Source: a virus (lineage: Duplodnaviria; Caudoviricetes). Taken from it: DNA of 64,000 nt. The stretch lies in the IMG/VR virus record IMGVR_UViG_3300034175_000069. One strand, given 5' to 3'. This document shows positions 57,160-64,000 of this stretch, one piece after another (the stretch's first letter is position 1; each line of letters opens with the position of its first letter). The translations under genes were made by a program, and so were the position numbers. Below the pieces are notes generated by a model, which worked only from the letters and a program-made list of their open reading frames with translations, was not told the DNA's origin and ran no database searches.

Positions 57160-57510
57160 TCAGTCCGCGCACTCCCGGCAGAGGCACGGGGCCATGCACC
57201 CGGAGCAGAAGAAGACATCCCGGGCGTGCGGGTCCTCGAAGACGGTGCAGGCGCATCCGCCCGCCCCGCAGGACCGGCACACCCGGGCGAAGGCGCTGGT
57301 CTCCCGGGTCTCGCTGGCCTCGGTGCCGCACTCGGTGCAGCAGACGCCGTCCACGAACAGGAGGGCGTCGGCCAGCGTGCCGCCGAACTCGTCGCGGGCC
57401 TCCTCGACGGAGACGACCGGGAAGCGGTGCAGGTTGACCAGGCCGGTGCTGACGGCCATGACGACCATCGCGTGCCGGACTTCGGGCTGGGGGAGCAGTG
57501 TCTGCGTCAT
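57160..57510 (-). CDS. Cys-rich (four CxxC) hypothetical protein MTQTLL..., leaderless
   Basis: CTEC, CRSC, CSGC, CREC; tandem-motif promoter at 57531/57540. Confidence 0.75.
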   Translation of the reverse strand: MTQTLLPQPEVRHAMVVMAVSTGLVNLHRFPVVSVEEARDEFGGTLADALLFVDGVCCTECGTEASETRETSAFARVCRSCGAGGCACTVFEDPHARDVFFCSGCMAPCLCRECAD

Positions 57511-57556
57511 GGGAGAAGTATGCGCTTCCCTGTCAACAGTGTCAACACTGACACGC

Positions 57557-58034
57557 TCAGTCCGGCCAGGGGTTGCTCCGGACCCAGTGCCGCGCCCCGA
57601 GGACGTTCCCGGCGATCAGCACGACCAGCAGGACCACGGCGGCGAACCACGCGGGCCAGCTGAGCAGTGCCTGCCCGAGGACCCCGCCCATCAGCCAGAC
57701 CGGGCAGGCCGCGTTGATCACCTCGGCCTGCCAGGCGTGCAGTCCTTCGGCGTAGTCGTCCGCGTCGCTGTACGGCACCTCACCAGTGTGTGCTCCACCG
57801 GTGCATCTCGAAGGGACCGATCAGCGCCAGCAGCTGGTCCGGGTGCTCCCGAGCCCAGTGCACGACGGTTGACACGCCAGGGATGGTCTCCGCGATGCTG
57901 TCCGACGGCCTCACAGTCTCGATCCCGCTTCCCGTCCAGAACATCGGCATGGTCCCGTGAGGCAGGCAGACAAGCCACGGCTCAGCGAACGGGTCGTAGG
58001 TCCAGTCGCAGAACACGCACTCCCCGAGGTTCAC
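57557..58034 (-). other. Two small genes (57557-57778 membrane protein; 57780-58034 with CVFC)
   Basis: Adjacent ORFs with TM and Cys motifs. Confidence 0.55.
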
Positions 58035-58103
58035 CGAGCCGCCCTCCGAACGCCGGAAGACCCGGCCAGCGGGTGCTGACCGGGTCTCGGGCGGTGCGAG
58101 GTC

Positions 58104-58442
58104 TCAGGCACCGTGGCCCATGAAGACCGAGCCCTGGAAGACGGCCCAGTGGGCCAGGCTCGTGTCCAGGGTCCCGGCCTTCTCGGCCGCCCGGATCTCG
58201 GTCAGGGCGAACTCGCAGGCGTTGCGCCAGCGGTCGGTGCGGCCCAGGGCGTAGCCCTCGGTGCTCATCCGCTGGGCGACCTCGACCATCTTCTCCAGCG
58301 GGTACGCGGGCATCTCGATGCCTGCCTGCTTGCTGTGGAAGGCCAGGATGTCGTGGTCAGCCATCGCGGCGGTGCAGTCCTTGATGAAGGCCATGCGCTT
58401 GTCGGTGGCGGAGAGCTTGGGGGCAACTGCTGTCTGCGTCAT
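58104..58442 (-). CDS. hypothetical protein MTQTAV..., leaderless
   Basis: Tandem-motif promoter at 58464/58473 with CATACT-6-ATG. Confidence 0.75.
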   Translation of the reverse strand: MTQTAVAPKLSATDKRMAFIKDCTAAMADHDILAFHSKQAGIEMPAYPLEKMVEVAQRMSTEGYALGRTDRWRNACEFALTEIRAAEKAGTLDTSLAHWAVFQGSVFMGHGA

Positions 58443-58487
58443 GGGCTAAGTATGCACACGTCGTGTCAACAGTGTCAACACATCAGC

Positions 58488-59407
58488 TCAGCGTGTCTGG
58501 AGGCAGGCGCGGCAGCCGCACATCGGGCAGGGATCCCCGGCCACCCAGAACTCCACGGCCAGCAGGCAGACCCGGCAGACCTGGTCGATCGACGGGGGCC
58601 GGGAGACCACCTCGTGCTTGTTCGCGTCGTCTCCGCACCAGGTGCGCTCGACGTGCGGGCAGAAGACGTGGATGCCTTCGTCGTCCTCGTCCGCCGGTGT
58701 GTCAACCGGCCGGGCGATCACCTCGGTGGAGGACATGACTCAGGATGGCACGCACTCTGAGAATGGCCCGACCGCGTTCCGGAGCTGGCGTCCGCCAGGT
58801 GAACTGGAGGTCGTACCGCTCGTGCAGGCTCATGCGACCACGTCCATCCGGTACTCGCCGTCGTCGGTGTCCGTGCACGGTCGCAGGGTCACCATCCGGT
58901 AGTTCAGGTTGTCGCCCGGCGTGAAGCCGCCCTCCAGGCGCTGGCCGAGCACCCAGACCGCCCGGCAGACCATCTCGTCGTTCAGCCGCTCGATCAGCGG
59001 GTGCCGAAGGCTGTAGGACCCGCCCGCGCGGAAGGTCACCAGGTGCTCGCGCTCGTGGTCAGCCAGGATCTCGTGCGCCGCTGACCGGCGCGGGCACTCC
59101 TCGGCGTCGCACTGGATCCGGTACTGGGAGGAGACGGACAGGGACTCCTCGCCGCAGGCTGGACAGAAGGCTCCCTCGATGCTGATCACGGCTTCCTGTG
59201 TAGCAGGGGCGGCCGACGACCTCAGAAGGGGACGCCGTTCTCCACCTGGACGGCCAGGCCCTGCAACCACTGGTTCAGCTGGTTCACCGTGACCAGCTCG
59301 ATCGTGCCGTCACCGGGCATCTTCAGGATCCCGGCGTTGATCTCGTCGGTGCGCTCTGTCAACCGGCGCAGCACACCGGCGATCTGGTCAGAGGTCAGCT
59401 CGTCCAT
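58488..59407 (-). other. Three small genes (58488-58736 Cys-rich, 58830-59189 with CPAC, 59222-59407)
   Basis: GC3-biased ORFs with Cys clusters. Confidence 0.6.
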
Positions 59408-59416
59408 CGGTTCTCC

Positions 59417-59983
59417 TCAGAGGTGGATCAGGCGGTTGACCAGGTAGATCACGTGCTCGGCGACCTGGTAGAGGCCGACGCCGAGCAGGGTCAGCAGGGC
59501 CAGCGGCACCACGAACCAGCCGGTGAGGATCGACATCAGGAGGACCAGGGGAGCGTCCCGCCACCATGAGCTGTCCCGGCGGGCGGGGTTGGCCAGCGCG
59601 CCCCAGCGGACGCCTGTCCAGTACATCCGGGCCAGCAGCGGCGGGGTGCCCAGGTCGCGCAGGAACTCGTAGAAGGCCTGGTCGGTGGATCGGGGACCGG
59701 CCATCGGGCCGTCCGGGTCGCGCTCGTCACGGGTGCGGCCCTCGCGGTAGCGCTTGTTCAGGTCGTTGCAGAGCATGTCGTGGAAGATCGCGGCCAGGTT
59801 GACACGGCGTCCGGCGTTGGCGATCAGGCCGCGCAGGACGAACGGCACCGACGCCAGGTCGGAGACGAACCCGGCCCACACGACGAACCGGCCCCACCTC
59901 GTGTCGCGGGACAGCTCCTGCGTCAGCTGGATCTGTCCATCGGCACGAAGCAGGACCGGCAGGTCTTGCGTCACCAGGGGCAC
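59417..59983 (-). CDS. DUF1353 family protein
   Basis: V.AGFVSDLASVP...AAIFHD.L...D..F...L...G...Y.GVR.G. Confidence 0.85.
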   Translation of the reverse strand: MPLVTQDLPVLLRADGQIQLTQELSRDTRWGRFVVWAGFVSDLASVPFVLRGLIANAGRRVNLAAIFHDMLCNDLNKRYREGRTRDERDPDGPMAGPRSTDQAFYEFLRDLGTPPLLARMYWTGVRWGALANPARRDSSWWRDAPLVLLMSILTGWFVVPLALLTLLGVGLYQVAEHVIYLVNRLIHL

Positions 59984-59997
59984 ACGGTCAGTGTCCC

Positions 59998-61114
59998 CTA
60001 CGTCAGATGGCGGCGATCGGTGACCGCCACGTCCTCCCACCCCTCGCCGCGCATCCCGAACAGGCCGGAGACCGACCGGCTGGTCTCGCCGAAGCGGTAC
60101 CAGCGGTGTGCGGCGGTCAGCGCCTCCCGGACGTTCCGCTCGCTCGCGGCCTTCTCGACGTGCCAGATCCGCTGGCAGCCACCGGCGCAGGCCAGCGTCC
60201 CGGTCCACTCCACGCTGGGCCGGTCCTCGCGGGACCAGATGTCCAGCTCCTCGGTGTGCAGGAACTCCCGGAAGTCCGGGGGCCAGAGCAGGTGCTGGAC
60301 CGCGCGGACGATGTCCTCGGTGTCCGGCTCGTCGTCCAGGTCGGTGGCCATCTGCTCGATCGCGCCATCGGAGGGCTCGGTCTTCCTCTGGATCTCGATG
60401 GCGAAGACCCGCCAGTCGATCTCGCCCTTGCCGTGGAAGGCCTTGCCCTCGCGCCAGACCTCGGCCAGAGCCTCGGCCATGCCCTTGGTCGTCGTCACGG
60501 CTTGGCCGCCAGCTGGTCGGCCATCTCCTTGCGGCGCTTCTCCCGGCGGGCCCGGCGCGCGGCCTTCTCCTTCTCCAGCCGCTCGTACTCCTCGGCCGAG
60601 ATGTAGCCGGAGCCGTCGCACTTCAGGCACTCCCGCTCGCACTCGGAGCAGAAGCCCTCGCCGTCGCACTTCGGGCAGGGCACGTCCCCGTCCTCCAGCG
60701 CCTCGTCGTAGGCGTTCAGGGGCGGGTTGACCAGCCGGACCTCCAGCAGCATCGGGCGCAGGCTCTCGGTGCCCAGGAGGGCCCACCAGGCCTCCTTCTC
60801 GTCCCAGGGGCCCGTGGCCACCCAGCGGCCCTCGTGAGCGCCCCAGACGCCGTAGGTGGCCATCTCCTGGCCATGCTCGTTCCGGCGCAGCTCAGTGGTC
60901 ATGGGGTCCTCTCCCAGCTGATCACGATGTCGTCGTCCTCGACCGTGACGGTCAGGGCGTTGTCGGGGATGTCCTCCCAGTCCACGCTCAGCTCGCTGGC
61001 CAGTGCACGTGCGGCTGCGCTGAGCGCCTTGGACAGCTCGGTGCCGTTGCTCGGGGTCCGCAGCAGGTAGCGCGTGCGGGTCACCGTGATCTGCTCCCGG
61101 CCGAACTCGGCCAT
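59998..61114 (-). other. Three coupled genes (59998-60498; 60495-60902 with DnaJ-type CxxCxGxG zinc finger; 60899-61114)
   Basis: GTGA/ATGA overlaps; CPKCDGEG...CLKCDGSG. Confidence 0.7.
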
Positions 61115-62226
61115 CAGTCGAAGCTCGGGGTCGTGTCAACCGTCACCGCAGCGTCACCGTCGTTCGGCACGAAGGTCAGCATCAGCCGCCGGGTGCCCGG
61201 CGGGACGGTCAGGGACAGCCCCCGGTGCTCGCCCTCGATGCTCGGCACGGCGTTGATCAGCTCGACGGCCAGGTTGTCCCGCTGCGTCACGACGTTGTCG
61301 AACTTCCGGCCCAGGTCGCTGTGCTCGGCCTGGAGGTGGCTGAACATCCGCCGGGCCTCGTCCCGCTCGTCCCGGAGCTGAGCCGCCTCGGAGTACTTGG
61401 CCGCCATCGCCGCCTGGGCGCGGTCGCGCACGTCAATGGCCTCATCCCGCTCGGCCTCGGCACGGGTCAGGGCACCGGCCATCTCCTCCAGCGCGCGCTG
61501 CTGCTCGTGCTGGCCGCGCAGGGCCTCGCTCCGCTTCACCTGGGCCTCGTCCAGCTGGTCCAGGGCCCTGTCCCGCTCGGCCAGCCAGCGCTTCACCGTG
61601 GTGTCCAGCAGGCCGATCAGATCCCCCTGGCTGAGAGCGGCCATCAGGCGCTTGGCGGGCTCGGTGTAGACCCGGCGCATCGCTCCTCGGCCGGACGGGC
61701 CTATGCCGTCGTCGGCCGCCCAGTCCCTGTCGAAGTCCAGACCGGTCATCGCACAGACGACCCGGTCCAGATAGACCGCGTCGATCTCGTGCTGGCGCTC
61801 GTCCTCGGCCTGCGCAGCCGACCACTCGGGGTCCTGGTCGCGGAGCTTCACCCGGGTCTCGGGAGTGGTTGACACGTCGCTGACCTGGGGGTTCTCCTGG
61901 TGGGAGAAGACGTGCGCGTTCTTCATGGCGTTGTGGTCCAGGCCGACCGTGTCGATGCCGTGATCGGTCTCCAGGTGCCCGGCCAGAACCGTGGCCGATC
62001 GGTCAGCGTGGAAGTCGGTCAGGCCGTGGTTGTGCTCGTGCGGGATCGGCAGCATGGGGGTCTCCTCGGGAGTGGCGGACTGGTGGGCCTTCAGGTGGGC
62101 CAGGTGGGCGTCGGACAGGCTCCAGAACATCGGGATGTCCGTGCCGTGCTCGTCCTTCAGGTGCCGGACCATCTGGCCCCAGCCCCAGTTGGCCGGGGTC
62201 ACGGCGTGGACGTGCTGCTCAGCCAC
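61114..62226 (-). CDS. hypothetical protein with His-rich N-terminal repeats and a coiled coil
   Basis: HLKDEHG/HLETDHG duplicated His motifs and a long heptad region. Confidence 0.7.
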   Translation of the reverse strand: MAEQHVHAVTPANWGWGQMVRHLKDEHGTDIPMFWSLSDAHLAHLKAHQSATPEETPMLPIPHEHNHGLTDFHADRSATVLAGHLETDHGIDTVGLDHNAMKNAHVFSHQENPQVSDVSTTPETRVKLRDQDPEWSAAQAEDERQHEIDAVYLDRVVCAMTGLDFDRDWAADDGIGPSGRGAMRRVYTEPAKRLMAALSQGDLIGLLDTTVKRWLAERDRALDQLDEAQVKRSEALRGQHEQQRALEEMAGALTRAEAERDEAIDVRDRAQAAMAAKYSEAAQLRDERDEARRMFSHLQAEHSDLGRKFDNVVTQRDNLAVELINAVPSIEGEHRGLSLTVPPGTRRLMLTFVPNDGDAAVTVDTTPSFD

Positions 62227-62575
62227 GGCGGCGGCGGATCAGCGTGACGCCCTCGGGCAGGCCCAGCTCCGGGCCGGGGATGTCGGAGTCGTCCCGGACG
62301 ATCCGCACGGCCTGGTGGGCCCCGTAGGTGTCCTCCACGGCGGCCAGGAACTCCCGGAGGTACTTGGCCTCGGGGATGGTGCCGATCTCGGCCAGCCAGG
62401 GCAGCTGGCGGGTCAGCTCCTCACGGACCTGGGCCTGGGCGAAGACGAACCGCTCGGTCGGGACCTGCTCACCGGTGAGGTCACGGATCAGGTCGAAGGT
62501 CGGGCCGACCGGGCCGATGACCTTGCCGGTCACGGCTGCGAGGACTGCTGGAGTGGGGTAGCTGCGCTGCGTCAT
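62219..62575 (-). CDS. hypothetical protein MTQRSY..., leaderless
   Basis: TTGACA-16-CATACT-6-ATG (62576-62610). Confidence 0.7.
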   Translation of the reverse strand: MTQRSYPTPAVLAAVTGKVIGPVGPTFDLIRDLTGEQVPTERFVFAQAQVREELTRQLPWLAEIGTIPEAKYLREFLAAVEDTYGAHQAVRIVRDDSDIPGPELGLPEGVTLIRRRRG

Positions 62576-62605
62576 GCCATGAGTATGGCAGCTTTGTCAT
62601 CTATG

Positions 62606-62788
62606 TCAACTAGATGGGGTTGCAGCTTCCCGCGCGGCGCGGCGTTGCTGCACCAGGTCCCGGGTCCGCACGTCGATCAGCGGCCTGCGGAGCACCTGGC
62701 TGAACATCTCGATCAGCGCCTGGTCGGCGTGGTCCCGGCGAGTCCGGAGGTAGGCCGAGAAGTCGGCCGGACCTGCGTCGTCACTCAC
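62606..62788 (-). CDS. small hypothetical protein
   Basis: GTGA overlap; its stop codon lies inside GTTGACA. Confidence 0.5.
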   Translation of the reverse strand: MSDDAGPADFSAYLRTRRDHADQALIEMFSQVLRRPLIDVRTRDLVQQRRAAREAATPSS

Positions 62789-63501
62789 GTCAGCAGGCCC
62801 TTGCGCTTGGCCTGCCACAGCTTCTCCTCATGCGGCAGGGCGGGCTTGATCCAGTCGCCGGAGTCGCACGCGATCAGGTCCCCGCCCATGTGCTCGGGGT
62901 CGTCCCAGTGCTGGCCGTGGAAGTGGCACCAGAGCCGGGAGGACGGCTTCTCCTCGGCGAACAGGTCGTCCTCGTCCGGCGGGATGTTCATCGTCGGGGC
63001 CCAGCCCTGGGCCAGCTTGTAGCCGTCCTTGGTGATCACGCCGTTCTCCCAGATGGTCTTCATGCCTGGGTCGGCCTTCCCCTGGGACAGGGTGGCGTCG
63101 TGGTGTGTCAACCACTTGGCTGCCAGCTGCTCGGCCACAGCGTCGGACTGCTCTGGGGTGGTGATCATCCCCACCGGGATCCCGTAGACCTGGGAGAGCT
63201 TCTCGGCGATGTCGGCGAAGACCGGGGAGATCTCGTGGTTGAAGGCGGCCATGCTCTCGCCCATCGCGGTGGCGGCCTCGCCGATCGACTTCATCTGCTC
63301 GGTGAGCACAGACGTGTCGAAGTTGAATGAGATCTCTGCTCCCGGGGGCAGCACGGTCAGCTCCTTGCCGTCCTCGCCGTACCAGGTGTCTGGAGCATCT
63401 GGCAGAACGAAGTCCAGGGGAGCGCAGAACCCGCCGCTGGCAAGAAGCATGTGCGACTCGTGCGGCTCCGGCGGGGTCCCGCACTTGCAGATGTCCGTCA
63501 T
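62785..63501 (-). CDS. hypothetical protein carrying a capsid-like ASGGFCAPLD motif
   Basis: ATG 63501 overlaps the upstream stop; motif read directly. Confidence 0.7.
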   Translation of the reverse strand: MTDICKCGTPPEPHESHMLLASGGFCAPLDFVLPDAPDTWYGEDGKELTVLPPGAEISFNFDTSVLTEQMKSIGEAATAMGESMAAFNHEISPVFADIAEKLSQVYGIPVGMITTPEQSDAVAEQLAAKWLTHHDATLSQGKADPGMKTIWENGVITKDGYKLAQGWAPTMNIPPDEDDLFAEEKPSSRLWCHFHGQHWDDPEHMGGDLIACDSGDWIKPALPHEEKLWQAKRKGLLT

Positions 63502-63767
63502 CGACGCCGCTCCTCCGCTGCTGCCCGCTCCGCCCGGTGGGCGAAGATCCCATCCTGGTACCGCTTCTCCAGCGGCGTCCGGGGCACTGCGCCCGTGCGC
63601 AGCTCTCCCCGGCGATCGGGTGTCAACCACTCCGAGAACGTGCCGTGCGTGCAGGTGCACAGCTTGGCCGAGAAGCAGTCGAGGTGGCGGCCCTGCTGGC
63701 ATCGGTCACAGATCCAGGGCTCGGTCTCGTTGTCACCGACGAGCTTCAGCACTGTTGCTTCCCCCAC
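63498..63767 (-). CDS. small Cys/His zinc-binding hypothetical protein
   Basis: CDRC...H..C...CTC.H; GTG start inferred. Confidence 0.55.
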   Translation of the reverse strand: MGEATVLKLVGDNETEPWICDRCQQGRHLDCFSAKLCTCTHGTFSEWLTPDRRGELRTGAVPRTPLEKRYQDGIFAHRAERAAAEERRR

Positions 63768-63779
63768 CCCGGCAGTATC

Positions 63780-63910
63780 GGGCGGCAGCGGGGAGGGGAG
63801 TCGCACCCCACGCCCAGCCTGCACTGACGGTTTCCTCGGCGGGACTAGCCGATGCAGTGGGACCGGTTGCCCGGTGCAGCCCCGCAGATGCTGCTTCGCC
63901 ACTGCCGCCC
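63780..63910 (-). ncRNA. Candidate 131-nt structured RNA (or structured 5' leader)
   Basis: 5' GGGCGGCAGU pairs with 3' GCUGCCGCCC; internal hairpins; begins exactly 6 nt after CATACT. Confidence 0.5.
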
Positions 63911-63937
63911 GGGTGAAGTATGCCCGGCGCACTCAAC
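63911..63937 (-). promoter_or_regulatory. Promoter GTTGAGT-8-CATACT-6 driving the RNA candidate
   Basis: Same geometry as the leaderless promoters elsewhere in the window. Confidence 0.6.
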
Positions 63938-63959
63938 ATCGGGAAGACACGGTGTGTCT

Positions 63960-63996
63960 GTTGACAGTGTTGACATGCTCATGCCATAGTCATCCC
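63960..63996 (+). promoter_or_regulatory. Leaderless promoter with tandem GTTGACA; its gene starts at ATG 63997 and runs out of the window
   Basis: gTTGACAgtgttgacatgctcatgcCATAGTcatcccATG. Confidence 0.75.
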
Positions 63997-64000
63997 ATGA

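Larger units (their letters stand above)
513..63975. repeat. Dispersed heptamer GTTGACA/TGTCAAC, about 80 copies
   Basis: Read directly, e.g. at 513, 1612, 2253, 3114, 3738, 4633, 6815, 8307/8316, 9844/9853, 12568/12577, 19175, 23874, 25518, 26213, 27902, 29735, 30599, 32183, 33315, 42326, 47315, 53369, 57072/57081, 63960/63969. Confidence 0.95.
1..64000. mobile_element. Actinobacterial tailed phage (siphovirus-like, cluster-B-like virion genes), partial genome or prophage segment
   Basis: TerL, MuF, portal, protease, major capsid, tail tube, tail chaperone, tape measure, minor tail genes and an amidase endolysin in phage order; tightly coupled small-gene operons with GTGA/ATGA/TGATG overlaps; high GC. 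Confidence 0.97.

Noticed and set aside
63857-63890. Cobalamin riboswitch-like GGGA-CCGG...CCGG...CCCCGCAG on the plus strand
   Set aside because: No T-loop, B12 box or downstream gene in that orientation; it is more simply the complement of the minus-strand hairpins.
513-63975. Calling the motif an L5-type stoperator
   Set aside because: It is shorter (7 bp), not polarised with transcription, mostly intragenic, and no integrase or L5-type repressor is seen. It remains an analogy only.
1-64000. CRISPR array
   Set aside because: No regularly spaced 25-40-nt direct repeats with unique spacers, and no cas genes.
1-64000. Canonical tRNA, tmRNA or rRNA genes
   Set aside because: No cloverleaf with GTTCRA found by eye. 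The 63780-63910 element lacks U33, purine 37 and proper arm order.
63991-64000. Window as a complete circularly permuted genome
   Set aside because: Joining ATG 63997 to position 1 is not in frame with ORF 19-342, and no terminal repeat is visible.

Overview
The window is about 64 kb of a GC-rich (roughly 70% by eye) tailed phage of Actinomycetota. Its virion module resembles that of cluster-B-type mycobacteriophages: hexamer and pentamer major capsid proteins, a cluster-B-like maturation protease, major tail protein, adaptor and tape measure. The left arm (1.2-13.4 kb, minus strand) and right arm (55-64 kb, minus strand) are dense operons of small, mostly unknown genes, including a HIT hydrolase, a nicotinamidase, a PD-(D/E)XK nuclease, DUF1353 and DUF6011 proteins. 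The central plus-strand block (13.5-55 kb) carries an Acb2/Tad1-like protein, a Kelch-repeat protein, an amidase endolysin, TerL, MuF, portal, a 2920-aa multidomain protein (2H phosphoesterase plus HipA/PI3K-like kinase), a zeta-like kinase, and head and tail genes. No replication or integration genes lie in the window. The most striking signal is the heptamer GTTGACA/TGTCAAC. I counted about 80 copies by eye against about 3 expected. They are dispersed roughly every kb through coding sequence via rare codons, and they also sit at a fixed position (8-9 nt before the -10 box) in a family of leaderless promoters. Other highlights are a canonical G GGA AAA -1 frameshift at the end of the protease gene and a promoter-driven 131-nt structured RNA candidate at 63780-63910. 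All assignments come from motif recognition by eye; no database searches were run.
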